Shown: positions 1 to 10,785, counted from the first letter of the stretch. The stretch: DNA of 64,000 bases from Myxococcota bacterium (GCA_039194325.1 JBCCWC010000003.1:172299-236298), one strand, 5' to 3'. The notes: generated by a model not told the origin, from the letters alone. A program made the numbers and translations.

Positions 1-2229
1 GTGACCCCGGCCGACGATCCACTGGCCTTCGTGCGCGGGGGTCGTTTTGCCCGGGCGTTTGCTCTGGTGGTGGCGGTGATCGGCTTGGTGTGGATCGGTG
101 CGCACCGGGTCCAGGCCCGCAACCTCGCCGAAGCGCAAGTGCGGGTGCACGCCGATCTCCGCGACGACCCCCGCTTCGCGAGCATGGTGGCCCGGCTGGC
201 GGCGCCGCCGATGCCTCCGGTGGAGGACATCACGCCAGACCGTAGCGGTGAAGGTGGCGGTGAGGGCAGCGTGCCGCCGATGCCGGCGGTGGAAGACATC
301 ACACCAGACCGTAGCGATGAAGGTGGCGGTGAGGGCAGCGTGCCGCCGATGCCTCCGGTGGAGGACATCACGCCAGACCGTAGCGATGAAGGTGGCGGTG
401 AGGGCGGCGTGCCGCCGATGCCGGCGGTGGAGGACATCACGCCCGCGGGCAATGGCGACGAGGAGGTCTACACCGATCGCTTTGGTCGCAAGCGCACCAA
501 GTCGGGCGCGCTCATCCTCGACGAGGAGGGCGGCGGTGAGGAGGGAATCGGGCTCGACCCGGGCGTCGTTGCCGAGCTCGACCAGGGGGGGTTTTTCGAT
601 CCCACGGCCTTCGATGACGCCAAGACGGTCAAGAAGAAGGCCTACGTACACCTGATGCCGGGGATCCCCAACTCGGTGTTCTTCGCCTCGGGTGTGGTGA
701 TCTTACTGCTGTCGTTCCTGGTATTCGAGCGCTACGGCAAGCGTAAGGATCCCCGCTCGCGCGAGCGCGGGTACTGGCGCCTCGAGCTGACGCGCTGGCC
801 GTGGCTGGCCCGGGCGATCAAGAGCCGGTGGTTCCAGCCCGCGGTGCAGCTACCGGTGGTGATCGGCTTCTTGGCCGTGATCGTGGCCGGCCTGGTGGGC
901 AGCCAGGAGCCAGGCCGCAACATCGCGCCGGTGCTCACCTGGAACATCTGGTGGATCGGCCTCATCTTCGCGGTGTTCTTCTTCGGCAACCTGTGGTGCT
1001 TCATGTGCCCCTGGACGGCCATTCCCGACTGGGCCAGCCGGCTGTCGCTGACCAGCACCACGGCGATCCGCAGCCTGGGCAAGAAGTACCCGCGCTTCAA
1101 GCTGTGGATGTGGCCCGCGATCATCCTGTTCGCGGTGATCACCTGGCTCGAGATCATCTACGACGCGGCCAACCGCCCCTGGCTGACCTCGGTGATCGCG
1201 ATCTTCATGGTGGTCTTGTCGTGGGTGATGCTGGTGCTCTACGAGCGCAAGGCGATGTGCCGCTACGTATGCTTCGTGGGCCGGGTGAGCGGCCAATACG
1301 CCATGATGGGCATGGTCGAGCTACGGCGCCGCGATCCCGAGATCTGCCGCCGCTGCGAGAACAAGGACTGCTACCGCGGCCGAGAGGGGGTCGGCCTGCC
1401 CTGCCCCACCCACGAGTTCATGGGGGCGATGAACGAGAATCAGTACTGCACGCTGTGCACCGAGTGCGTCAAGAGCTGCCCCCACGACAACATCGCGCTC
1501 AACGTGCGCAGTAGCGGGGCGGACATCCTCTATCCTCATCGCAGCCGGAAGGACGAGGCCTATATGGCCATCCTGGTGTTCATCGTCAGCGCCTTTCACG
1601 GCGCGGCTATGATCCCGCTGTGGATGGAGTGGGAGGACGCGATCCGCGGCTTCATCATCGACACGCAGACCGCCTGGCTGGGCCAGGAAGTCCTGGGCTT
1701 TTCGGGCAGCCAGGGCGGCACGATGACCTTCACCCTGATGATGCTGGCCTGCATCTTTATCCCCGGCCTGGTCTACTGGCTGCTGTGCGCGGCCATGCGC
1801 TGGGCCAGCGGACGCCCGGACATCAAGCTCCGCCGGGTCTTCATCCGCTTCGCGTACACGCTGCTGCCGATCGCGCTATTTTATCACCTGGCCCACAACG
1901 CCACCCATGTGTTCTATGAGTGGTCCAAGCTGCGGCGCCTGGTCAGCGACCCGCTGGGTTGGGGTACCGACTACTTCGGCACCGCCCGCGCCCCGCTGTC
2001 GGCCCTGTGGTCGCCCGAGAGCATCTGGTACCTCCAGGTGGCGCTCATTATCATCGGGCATATCTACGGGATCCTGGTGGCCCAGCGCGAGGCGTTCCGG
2101 CTGTACGACGGCGACCGCAAGGCCAGCCTACGGGTGCACCTGGTGATGATGGTGGGCATGGTCGCGATGAGCATGCTCAGCCTGTGGCTGCTGGCCCAGC
2201 CGATGTTCATGCGCACGGCCGAGGTGTAG
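1..2229 (+). CDS. Polytopic membrane 4Fe-4S (polyferredoxin, NapH/CcoG-like) protein with N-terminal acidic repeats; start may lie upstream of window
   Basis: WCxxxCP and CxxxC motifs, ferredoxin motif CTLCTECVKSCP, many TM segments. Confidence 0.8.
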   Translation: MTPADDPLAFVRGGRFARAFALVVAVIGLVWIGAHRVQARNLAEAQVRVHADLRDDPRFASMVARLAAPPMPPVEDITPDRSGEGGGEGSVPPMPAVEDITPDRSDEGGGEGSVPPMPPVEDITPDRSDEGGGEGGVPPMPAVEDITPAGNGDEEVYTDRFGRKRTKSGALILDEEGGGEEGIGLDPGVVAELDQGGFFDPTAFDDAKTVKKKAYVHLMPGIPNSVFFASGVVILLLSFLVFERYGKRKDPRSRERGYWRLELTRWPWLARAIKSRWFQPAVQLPVVIGFLAVIVAGLVGSQEPGRNIAPVLTWNIWWIGLIFAVFFFGNLWCFMCPWTAIPDWASRLSLTSTTAIRSLGKKYPRFKLWMWPAIILFAVITWLEIIYDAANRPWLTSVIAIFMVVLSWVMLVLYERKAMCRYVCFVGRVSGQYAMMGMVELRRRDPEICRRCENKDCYRGREGVGLPCPTHEFMGAMNENQYCTLCTECVKSCPHDNIALNVRSSGADILYPHRSRKDEAYMAILVFIVSAFHGAAMIPLWMEWEDAIRGFIIDTQTAWLGQEVLGFSGSQGGTMTFTLMMLACIFIPGLVYWLLCAAMRWASGRPDIKLRRVFIRFAYTLLPIALFYHLAHNATHVFYEWSKLRRLVSDPLGWGTDYFGTARAPLSALWSPESIWYLQVALIIIGHIYGILVAQREAFRLYDGDRKASLRVHLVMMVGMVAMSMLSLWLLAQPMFMRTAEV
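205..444 (+). repeat. 69-bp coding tandem repeat (about 3.5 copies of PPMPxVEDITPDRSxEGGGEGxV)
   Basis: Directly visible in DNA and protein. Confidence 0.95.
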
Positions 2230-2291
2230 ACCCCGCAGCCTAGACCCGCGGTGTAGACCCGCGGTGTAGACCCCGCAGCCTAGACCCGCGG
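2224..2291. repeat. Short tandem repeat of TAGACCC(C)GC units between convergent genes
   Basis: gtgtagaccccgcagcctagacccgcggtgtagacccgcggtgtagaccccgcagcctagacccgcgg. Confidence 0.85.
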
Positions 2292-2295
2292 GGCG

Positions 2296-2889
2296 TCAGA
2301 CCCCCGGTAGCCCGTCGACGCAAGACGAGAGGTTCGGGTAGCACGCCAGATCCGGCACGCACACGTCTCGGTCGGCGCCTTCGTCGGCCGCACAGGTGAG
2401 CACGTCGATCGTCACCCCGCCCACGGTGGGCGGGGTGCAGTTCGCCTCGGCGGCGCAGGGGATCGTGCAATCACGCTCGCCTTGGAACGTGGCGCACACC
2501 AGATCTCCGTCGCAGTCGTCGTCGTCGTTGCAGGGCAGACGCGGCGGCTCGGGTGGGGGCTCCGGCGCCGGGGGAGGCTCGTCGGCGCCTACTCGGCAAA
2601 AGTCCAGCCCCACGAGCGCGAAGGTGCTGGTGTCGCAGTAGAACCCGCTGGGGCAACCTCCGTCGCAGGGCTCGGTGCAGTAGATCGGCGGGCTGTCGGT
2701 CGCGATCCCCACGCAGACCAGCCCTGCGCACTCGTCGGGCTCTTCGCAGGGGCCCTCGCCGGTGGGCTTGAGAGCACCTGCCCCTCCATCTGCGTCTCCA
2801 TCTTCATTGCTGGCTTCACAGGCCGGGGTCAGCAGGCCGAGGGCCAAGGCGATCGAGCAGGCGCGTGCGAAACTGTGGGTCATCATCAT
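2296..2889 (-). CDS. Cys-rich lipoprotein of unknown function
   Basis: GAGGAG RBS before ATG at 2889; signal peptide ending LLTPAC; many Cys. Confidence 0.75.
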   Translation of the reverse strand: MMMTHSFARACSIALALGLLTPACEASNEDGDADGGAGALKPTGEGPCEEPDECAGLVCVGIATDSPPIYCTEPCDGGCPSGFYCDTSTFALVGLDFCRVGADEPPPAPEPPPEPPRLPCNDDDDCDGDLVCATFQGERDCTIPCAAEANCTPPTVGGVTIDVLTCAADEGADRDVCVPDLACYPNLSSCVDGLPGV

Positions 2890-3147
2890 GGTCGGCTCCT
2901 CATGGGTAGGGCCCAGCCGGGCCCTCACCAAGACGGTCCACGCTCGCGGGATTTTTGATTGCTGGTTTCGTCCTATACTGCGATCGATGGGCGAGATCGG
3001 GGTCGAAGGCTGGATCTGGCTCCAGCGCGGCTGTGGCGTCGGGTTCGGTTGCGAGGTCGGGGCTCGGGTGTCGGGGGCTTGGGTGTCCGGGGTTACCCGG
3101 GGTCTTGATGTCCGGGCCGGTGGTTGCGCCCAACCCGAGGTACGCGC

Positions 3148-4182
3148 ATGAGCGCGGATCCCCCCGGCGAAGACGCCCCCGATCTGTTCGACCGCGAGCC
3201 GGTCACTTCGTCCTCGTCCGATCCCGCGGCACAGGTCGAGGACGAGCGTCTGCGTACCGAGCTACGGGCGCGTCTATTCGGTGAGCCCCGGTCGGCGGTT
3301 CGGATCGGTGAGTACGAGGTGTTGCACAAGCTGGGCCAGGGTGGCACCAGCACCGTGTTCGCGGTGCGCGACCGTCAGGGTCGCTCGCGGGCGCTCAAGC
3401 TCGTCCAGTCGTGTGACCCTCGCTCGCTGGCTCGGCTGCGCCGAGAGGGGCGAGCGATGGAAGCGCTGGTTCACCCTCATATCGTGCGCATGCACCAGAT
3501 GGGCACCCACGGTGACGCGGTCTACGTGGTGTTCGACTTGATCGAAGGCGTCGCCCTTCAGTCTTGGCTACGAAGCGCACGGTCATGGCGCGAGACGCTC
3601 GCTTGCCTGCTGCCCGTGCTCGATGGCCTCGCGTCGGCCCACGCGCTGGGCATCCTTCATCGCGACCTCAAGCCCGAGAACATCCTGGTCCAGCCGCCCT
3701 CTCACGCGTGGCTGCTGGACTTTGGCCTGGCTCTTCCGCTGCCGGGCAGCGACGCTCAGGCGCTGACCCACATGAGCCAGGCGCTGACCCGCACCGGAGC
3801 GGTGCTCGGGACCGTGGGCTACATCGCGCCTGAGCACCTGCTGGGCCAACCTCTCGATGCGCGGGCCGATCAGTTCTCGATCTGCGTGGTGCTGTGGCAG
3901 GCGCTCTACGGACAGGCGCCGTTCACGGGGCCCACCGCCGACGCGATCGGGTTGGCGGCGCTGCGGGAGCGGTGCAATGAGCCACCGCGTGGCGACGTAC
4001 CTTCGGCCGTCGAGGCTGCGCTACGCAAGGGGCTACGCGCCGAGCCTTCGGCTCGACACGCTTCGGTACGAGCGCTGGCCGACGTCCTCGACCGCGCGAT
4101 GCCGAGCACAGACCCAAGCGCAGACCCAAGCGCAGACAAGCATCGCGGGTGGTTGGCTCGCTGGCGTAGGCGCAGGCGCTGA
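3148..4182 (+). CDS. Hanks-type Ser/Thr protein kinase (kinase domain only)
   Basis: LGQGG, ALK, HRDLKPEN, DFG, GTVGYIAPE motifs. Confidence 0.93.
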   Translation: MSADPPGEDAPDLFDREPVTSSSSDPAAQVEDERLRTELRARLFGEPRSAVRIGEYEVLHKLGQGGTSTVFAVRDRQGRSRALKLVQSCDPRSLARLRREGRAMEALVHPHIVRMHQMGTHGDAVYVVFDLIEGVALQSWLRSARSWRETLACLLPVLDGLASAHALGILHRDLKPENILVQPPSHAWLLDFGLALPLPGSDAQALTHMSQALTRTGAVLGTVGYIAPEHLLGQPLDARADQFSICVVLWQALYGQAPFTGPTADAIGLAALRERCNEPPRGDVPSAVEAALRKGLRAEPSARHASVRALADVLDRAMPSTDPSADPSADKHRGWLARWRRRRR

Positions 4183-4276
4183 ACGGCCCGTCGCTCGTCG
4201 AGCCACGACGTAGTCCTCCTAGATGGGCGGGCGCGCATGAGTCGGTGTTTGCGACCCATGGTGACGATGGCAGACA

Positions 4277-7099
4277 ATGAAGAGCGTGGTGGATGCGGAT
4301 CTGGAGACGACGAGGGATCTGTCCGAGTCTTCCTCGAGGTCGATGCCCCGTGCTCGTGGTCTGCCCGAAGGACCCGAGCTCGATGCTCTGCAACCGGGCC
4401 GGATGCTGGGTCGCTACTTGATCATCGAGGAGCGGGGACGAGGGGGCATGGGCGTGGTGCTGCGTGCCTACGATCCCAAGCTGCAGCGCGAGGTTGCGCT
4501 GAAGGTGCTCCGACCCGGCGCTCTGGATTCGGCCAACAAGGCGCGTATGGTCCAAGAAGCGCGGGCGTTGGCCAAGCTGTCCCATCCCCACGTGGTCTCG
4601 GTCTACGACGTCGATCTCGAGCTGGAGGGGAGCACGATGATCGTCATGGAGTTCGTTGACGGTCGCAACCTCCGTCGGTGGCTCAGGGAATCCTCGAGAT
4701 CGCGGCGCGAGATCGTTGAAGCCTTCTTGGTCGCGGGGCGGGGCCTGGCTGCGGCGCACGCCAAGGGCTTGCTGCATCGTGATTTCAAGCCTTCCAATGT
4801 AATGATCACCACCGATGGTCGGATCAAGGTCACCGATTTCGGGCTGGCCAAGCTCGTGGGCAAGGACGTCACGTCGACCGACACGAGCAGCGACGCCGGC
4901 TCGACTCTGGTCCGTTCGACGAAAGAGGACCGCTTGTTGCCGAGCGCACAGATGGGGACGCCTCGATACATGGCGCCAGAGCAGCACGCGGGTGAAGCAC
5001 TCGACGCACGCACCGACCAGTATGCGTTCTGCGTGGCGCTGTGGGAGGCGTTGACCGGCGAGCCGCCGTTCGACGACAAGGCTCTGGAGGCGAGCAAGCG
5101 AAGAGGAGCACCCCTTTGGCCTCGCGGATCCTTGATGCCCGGCCATGTCGTTCAGGCCCTGGTTCGCGGACTGTCGGTGGACCCCAAGGCGCGGTGGCCA
5201 AGCCTCGACGCGTTGCTGGGGCGGCTGAGTCACGATCCCAGCCGCTGGCGCCGGCGAGGGCTGGTGATCGGCGTGGCTGGGTTGGCGGTGGTTGCGGGGG
5301 GCGTGGGGATCTGGCGCTTCGATCGAGCCCGACGGCAGGCGGCCTGCAGCGCCGAGGGTCGGGTGATCGGCGAGGTATGGAACGACGAGGCTCGCCAGAA
5401 GGTGCGCACGGGGATCATGACGGTCCGAGCCAGCTACTCGGAGACAGTGGCCCACAACGTGATGCCATGGCTCGACAACTATGCGGAGGCTTGGAGGGAG
5501 CAGACGGTCGAGGCCTGCCTCGAAGAGTCGGTGAACGAGCGCTGGGACTCGGCTCGGCTCGACGCAGCGCGCTGGTGCCTCGAAGATCGGCGGTTGGCGT
5601 TCGCCACCCTGGTGACAGAACTGGCCCGGGGCGACGAGCACGGCGCCCGCAATGCGGTGCAGGCCGCAGCCGACCTGCCGCTGATCACGGTGTGTGTCGA
5701 CGATTCTATGCTCGGGTGGGCCCGCGAGCCTCCTGCGCCGGACGAGCGACCTCGCATAGCCCGCGTGCGCGAGGTTCTGTGGCGGGCTCGGGCCCAGGAC
5801 GCCGCGGGGCGATACGACGAAGGACTCCAGTCCATACGTGAAGCCAAGCGCGAGACCGAGGTGTTGTCGTGGCTCCCGCTGGTCTCAGAGGTTCTGTCCA
5901 CCGAGTCTTCCCTCTTGTCTCACCTAGACGAGCACGTCGAGTCCGAAGCCGCGGCGGTCGAGGCCTACAAGGCCGCGGTGCTCTCGGGCAACTGGAACGT
6001 TGCCGCTTCGGTGGCGTCGATGTTGGTGTTCGTGGTGGGCTACAAGCAGTCGCGTCACCGTGAGGGAGAGACTTGGGCTGAGCATGCCCAGGTCGCCATT
6101 GAGCTTGCTGGCGATCCGCTGGGGCTGCTGGAGGCCCAGCGCCTCAGTAGCCTCGGCACCGTGCTCCGGCTCGAAGGGCGCTATGTGGAGGCCCGGACCA
6201 AGCACCAGCAAGCTCTCTCGCTGCGGGTGGAGGCGCTGGGATCCGATCACCTATCGGCCGCGCGTAGCTTGATCAACCTGGGCAACGTACTCCGGTCCGA
6301 GGAGGCGTTCGACCAGGCGCAGGCCGTGCTGACCGAGGCGCTCGAGCTGTTCGAACGCACCCTGGGGCCCAACCATCCCACGGTCGCGACCTGTCATGAC
6401 AACCTCGGGGCGGTGCTGACCTTAAAGGGGCAACGGGACCAGGGCCGCGTTCACTTGGAGCGAGCGGTGGCGATCTACGAAGAGGCGTTGGGCCCCGACC
6501 ATGGCGATCTCGCGCGCAGCCTGAACAACCTCGCCAACGTCGAGTCCTTGCTGGGGAATGACGAGGCGGCGATCTCCAGCTATCGGCGGGTGCTGACGAT
6601 CTGGGAGCGGACGTTGAGCCCAGACCACCAATATATCGCGAGTGCCCTGAACAACCTGGGCTACGCACACTTCAGCCTGGGCGAGCTCGAGTCGTCGCGG
6701 GCCAGCTTCGCGCGGGCGCTCGCGATCCAGCGGGCGACGCTGGGTCCTGAGCATCCCAATCTAGAGTACCCGCTGCACGGGATGGCCTCGGTCCTGGTCG
6801 CGCAGGGAGAGTACCGAGCGGCGATCGCCCACAAGGAGCAAGTGATCGATCTGATGGCGACTCTGGGCCGGTCCCCGCCGGAGATCGCCGAGCATCAATT
6901 CGACCTGGCGCAGATGCTCTGGGATGCTCCCAACGACGATGGTCGCGACCGAGCCCGCAGCCTCGATCTCGCCCAGCAAGCCCGAGACACCTACCCGCCC
7001 GACGATGAGGAGCGTACCTCCGTCGAGGCGTGGCTGGCCGAGCGATCATCCATGGCTCGACCTGCCGGCGATGACGAGCATCATCGCAATGAGCGATGA
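4277..7099 (+). CDS. Ser/Thr kinase with TM helix and C-terminal TPR repeats
   Basis: GRGGMG, HRDFKPSN, DFG, GTPRYMAPE; TM; LGPDH...LNNLA-type TPRs. Confidence 0.95.
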   Translation: MKSVVDADLETTRDLSESSSRSMPRARGLPEGPELDALQPGRMLGRYLIIEERGRGGMGVVLRAYDPKLQREVALKVLRPGALDSANKARMVQEARALAKLSHPHVVSVYDVDLELEGSTMIVMEFVDGRNLRRWLRESSRSRREIVEAFLVAGRGLAAAHAKGLLHRDFKPSNVMITTDGRIKVTDFGLAKLVGKDVTSTDTSSDAGSTLVRSTKEDRLLPSAQMGTPRYMAPEQHAGEALDARTDQYAFCVALWEALTGEPPFDDKALEASKRRGAPLWPRGSLMPGHVVQALVRGLSVDPKARWPSLDALLGRLSHDPSRWRRRGLVIGVAGLAVVAGGVGIWRFDRARRQAACSAEGRVIGEVWNDEARQKVRTGIMTVRASYSETVAHNVMPWLDNYAEAWREQTVEACLEESVNERWDSARLDAARWCLEDRRLAFATLVTELARGDEHGARNAVQAAADLPLITVCVDDSMLGWAREPPAPDERPRIARVREVLWRARAQDAAGRYDEGLQSIREAKRETEVLSWLPLVSEVLSTESSLLSHLDEHVESEAAAVEAYKAAVLSGNWNVAASVASMLVFVVGYKQSRHREGETWAEHAQVAIELAGDPLGLLEAQRLSSLGTVLRLEGRYVEARTKHQQALSLRVEALGSDHLSAARSLINLGNVLRSEEAFDQAQAVLTEALELFERTLGPNHPTVATCHDNLGAVLTLKGQRDQGRVHLERAVAIYEEALGPDHGDLARSLNNLANVESLLGNDEAAISSYRRVLTIWERTLSPDHQYIASALNNLGYAHFSLGELESSRASFARALAIQRATLGPEHPNLEYPLHGMASVLVAQGEYRAAIAHKEQVIDLMATLGRSPPEIAEHQFDLAQMLWDAPNDDGRDRARSLDLAQQARDTYPPDDEERTSVEAWLAERSSMARPAGDDEHHRNER

Positions 7100-7125
7100 C
7101 GCAGGGAGGCGGAGCACCAAGCCGG

Positions 7126-10026
7126 TCATGAAGGCGGCGCGTGTTGCTCGACCCACGCCGCCGCCTCCTCGCGCTCGGACTCCCAGCGTTCACCCGCGGC
7201 CGTGAACTCCTCGTGAGCTTGCCGGGCCAGCGCGACCGCTGCGGCTCGGTCGTCCCCGATCTCCCATGACAGCCGCGCGACCTTCATATGGGCGCTCGCC
7301 AGGAAGCCAACGGAGGGGATCGTCCCCAGCTCTCGGATCTGCATGGCCTTCACCGCGGCCTCGTGGGCCGCTCGTAGCTCGCCCCGCGACTCGAGGATCG
7401 AAGCCAGCACGCTATGGGAGGCCGAAAGATCGTAGTGCAGGGGGGGCAACCGTTGCTGTCGGATCTCCAGGGCGCGCTGGCCATGCCGGAGCGCCGCGTC
7501 CTCGTCGAGCTCGGTCTCGATGATCGCGAGGTTGTGCAGCGTTCGGCCCACCTGCGGATGATCGGCGGGGAGCTGATGCTCGTAGATGGCCAGCGCACGC
7601 AGCAAGGTACTCCGCGCGTCGGCCCGGCGCCCGAGCTGCAGCAGCGAGCCTGCCATGTTCGACAGAGCGCTGGCGACCTCGGGGTCGTCGTCGCCACGGC
7701 CACGCAGCAGCAGCTCTACGATCTGTCGCTGCTGCTCGAGCGCGCGGGAGAAGTCTCCCTTCTGCCAGTAGACCGCCGCGATGTTCGAGCGCGCGGTGAG
7801 GACGCTACGGTGGTGTGGCTCGAACTGCCCCTCGGCGATGGCCAGTGAGGCCTCGAACTGCGCGAGTGCGTCATCGAGTTGACCGCTGCTCATATGGATC
7901 GCCCCGAGGTTGCTACGCACGCGCGCGATCTCGGGATGAGCGGGCCCCAGGAGCGCTTGTTGGATCTCCAGCGCTTGCAGGCTGTGGGTGAGCGCGGCCT
8001 CGTAGCTCCCCAACATCTGCTCGGCGATCGCGAGGTTGCTGAGCGCCGTGGCCACGACGGGATCATGGGATCCATGCTGAGCGACGAAGCCCTCGCGAGC
8101 GTGTTCGTAGCCGGCTCGGGCCGTCTCGTACCGACCCCGTGCCGTCTCGACGTGCGCGGTCGCCATGTGCAGGCGAGGCTCGAGGAGGGGATCTCCCCCG
8201 ATCTGCTCGAGGCCGGCCCGGGCGTGCCGGGCCCAGGTGTCCGCGGCCTCGTGATGATCGAGGCGATACCCCTCGGCGAACACCAACCGAGTCGCGATCC
8301 GGGCGGCGAGCGGGTCGCCTTGCGCCGCACGGGCCTCGAAGAACGCCCGACGCAAGGTCTGGGCTGCGGCCTCGTGCTCTCCCATCGCGTCTTGGGTGTG
8401 CCCCAGCCAAAACCCGACCTCGGCGTGCAGCAGGCGGTCATCGAGCGACTCGGCGCGCCGGTCCACCTGCACCGCTAGCTCGTGAGCCGCGGCGTGTTGG
8501 CCGGTGTGGTAGCGGGTGATGATCCGATCGAGATCGGTACGCACCGCGTCTGCATTGCGTGCCTTTTGCGGATCGCTCGGCGGGTCGGAGCCGCGGGGCT
8601 CGTCGGCGCATCGCGCCATCGGCGGAAGCTCGCTTGCGGCCTGGACCGCATGCTCGGCCACCGTGACGTCGGCCTGACCGAGTGCATCGACCAGCGCGCC
8701 GAATCGGCGCCGGCCGGCGTCGAGGCACGCCATGCGGGGTTCGCTCGGGGACAGGCTCGGAGCCAGGCTCGGAGCCAGGCTCGGAGATGGACCCGATGCG
8801 GTCGCCGCGGTGCAGGCGGCGGCGTGCTCCTCGACCCATCCGGCCCCATAGTCGTCGAGTATCTCGATGGCTCGGGCGCTGGAGTGCTGGGCATAGGGCA
8901 CCGAGACTCGAGCCAGGGCGTCCCTGACCGCATCGCGCTGCGCCGGGCTCCATACCTCCTGCCACTTTTGTGCCGCCGCTTCGAGGCACCCTTGATCCGA
9001 AGGCGCCATCGTCCACGCACCGGTGCCCACCACGGCCGCCATCAAGCCCAGCGCGACCCATCGCCGCGTCGCTCGGGGCGGCTCGAGGGCGGCCAGCAGC
9101 GCGCGGAGATCGGGGAATCGATCCGCGGGATCGACCTTCAGGCCCCGCCAAAGGGCCGCGAGCACCCACCGTGGCACTCCTCGATCGCGGGGTGGAGCGC
9201 TCACTCGACCGTCGGTAATCGCATCGAGCAGCGCGAGCCGAGTCGGGCCCTCGAAGGGACGCTGGCCATAAAGAGCCTCGAACAACGACACGCACAGCGC
9301 GAATTGATCGGTGCGGGCGTCTAGGGGCTTGCCCAGGAACTGCTCGGGCGCCATGTAGGCCGGGGTGCCCATGACCACGCCGTCCTCGGTGATCGAGTGC
9401 GATCCCTCGAACGCCGACGAGCCCACGCAGCGCGACGTCGGATCTCGCTGGGCACACGCCAGGCCGAAATCCAGCACGCGCACCCGCCCGTCGGTCCCGA
9501 TGATCGCGTTGTCGGGCTTGAAGTCGCGATGCACCAGGCCCTTGTCGTGGGCCGCGATCAGCCCGGCCGCGACTTGGCGATAGACCTCCAGCACCTCGCG
9601 CCAGGTCCGTGATCTCGCTTGGTGCCACTGGCGCAGCGTGAGCCCCTCGACGTGCTCCATCACGAGGAACAGGATCGGCGCCATGTCCGGTCCCTGGAGC
9701 CAGCCGTCACCAACCTCGAAGACCTGCACCACGTTGGGATGAGACAGGCAGGCCAGGGCACGGGCTTCTCGACGAGCGCGATCTCGTCCGCGGTCGCCGA
9801 CTCGGTGCAGGTCGATCGTCTTGATCGCGACCCGACGGGCGAGGCGGTCGTCGAACGCCTCGTAGACCACGCCCATGCCCCCGCGTCCGAGCTCTCGGCG
9901 GATCTGAAATCCGCCGATCGAGCGCGGCAACCCGAGCGACCGAGGCGGAGCGGCCGCGGCTGTATTCGCCAGCGCCACCTCGCCGGTGGATCGAGCCGTT
10001 ATCGAAGGATCAGGCGCAACGGACAT
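7126..10026 (-). CDS. Ser/Thr kinase with TM helix and TPR repeats
   Basis: LGRGGMG, HRDFKPDN, DFG, GTPAYMAPE; TPRs; start estimated at ATG 10026. Confidence 0.93.
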   Translation of the reverse strand: MSVAPDPSITARSTGEVALANTAAAAPPRSLGLPRSIGGFQIRRELGRGGMGVVYEAFDDRLARRVAIKTIDLHRVGDRGRDRARREARALACLSHPNVVQVFEVGDGWLQGPDMAPILFLVMEHVEGLTLRQWHQARSRTWREVLEVYRQVAAGLIAAHDKGLVHRDFKPDNAIIGTDGRVRVLDFGLACAQRDPTSRCVGSSAFEGSHSITEDGVVMGTPAYMAPEQFLGKPLDARTDQFALCVSLFEALYGQRPFEGPTRLALLDAITDGRVSAPPRDRGVPRWVLAALWRGLKVDPADRFPDLRALLAALEPPRATRRWVALGLMAAVVGTGAWTMAPSDQGCLEAAAQKWQEVWSPAQRDAVRDALARVSVPYAQHSSARAIEILDDYGAGWVEEHAAACTAATASGPSPSLAPSLAPSLSPSEPRMACLDAGRRRFGALVDALGQADVTVAEHAVQAASELPPMARCADEPRGSDPPSDPQKARNADAVRTDLDRIITRYHTGQHAAAHELAVQVDRRAESLDDRLLHAEVGFWLGHTQDAMGEHEAAAQTLRRAFFEARAAQGDPLAARIATRLVFAEGYRLDHHEAADTWARHARAGLEQIGGDPLLEPRLHMATAHVETARGRYETARAGYEHAREGFVAQHGSHDPVVATALSNLAIAEQMLGSYEAALTHSLQALEIQQALLGPAHPEIARVRSNLGAIHMSSGQLDDALAQFEASLAIAEGQFEPHHRSVLTARSNIAAVYWQKGDFSRALEQQRQIVELLLRGRGDDDPEVASALSNMAGSLLQLGRRADARSTLLRALAIYEHQLPADHPQVGRTLHNLAIIETELDEDAALRHGQRALEIRQQRLPPLHYDLSASHSVLASILESRGELRAAHEAAVKAMQIRELGTIPSVGFLASAHMKVARLSWEIGDDRAAAVALARQAHEEFTAAGERWESEREEAAAWVEQHAPPS

Positions 10027-10161
10027 GCGAGCCTGGCCAAGCCCCTGCCAAGAGGTATGCACGCGTGGACGGATCGTTGCCCCTTTTCTTTCAAACTTTT
10101 TGCTTTTTACCGTCAAACTCGTCGTCGCCTACCCCGTGGGTGCGTAGGGGTTCGACTTCGA

Positions 10162-10785
10162 TCACCGGGCGGGGGGCTCGAATTGGGCCTTGCGGATCTG
10201 CAGCGCCCAGCCGTCCAGATCGCTCTTGGTCCGTCGTAGCAGCTCGGGATCGTGGCTGAGCTTGGTCAGCGCTGTTTCGACCTTCTGGCGAGCCGCGCGG
10301 AGCCGCGTGCGGATCGTGCCGTGCGGGACGCTCAGCACCTCGGAGATCTCCGCCGAGGTCATCCCTTCCCAATAGTAAAGCTCGAGCACGACCTGTTGCT
10401 CCAGCGGAATTCGTCGCAGCGCCGCCAACAGCAGCCGGTGCTCGTCGCGGCGAGCCACCATGGTCGACGGCCCCGCAGAGTGATCCGCGGCGCTGTCGGT
10501 TGCCGGGTCGAAGCGCTCGCCGTGCTTGCGGATGCGATCGAAGTGTCGCCGCAGCACGTTGTAGGCCACCCCAAAGAGGAACGACTCGAAGCGGGTCCGA
10601 TCCCGGACTCGTTCGCGCGACTCGAGGCAAGACTCGAAGGTCTCCTGGATGAGATCGGCGGTGTCGCCCCCGATCTTGTTGGCGAAGAACCGCGCGACCC
10701 CCGGGTAGTGACGCTCGAACAGCGCGCTCCCGGCCGCGTGATCTCCCTGGCACCAGGCCTCGAGCAGATCCGAGTCGCTTTGCAT
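10162..10785 (-). CDS. ECF-type RNA polymerase sigma factor
   Basis: Region 2 (DLIQETF...FLFGVAYN) and region 4 (LYYWEGMTSAEISEVLSVPHGTIRTRLRAAR). Confidence 0.93.
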   Translation of the reverse strand: MQSDSDLLEAWCQGDHAAGSALFERHYPGVARFFANKIGGDTADLIQETFESCLESRERVRDRTRFESFLFGVAYNVLRRHFDRIRKHGERFDPATDSAADHSAGPSTMVARRDEHRLLLAALRRIPLEQQVVLELYYWEGMTSAEISEVLSVPHGTIRTRLRAARQKVETALTKLSHDPELLRRTKSDLDGWALQIRKAQFEPPAR

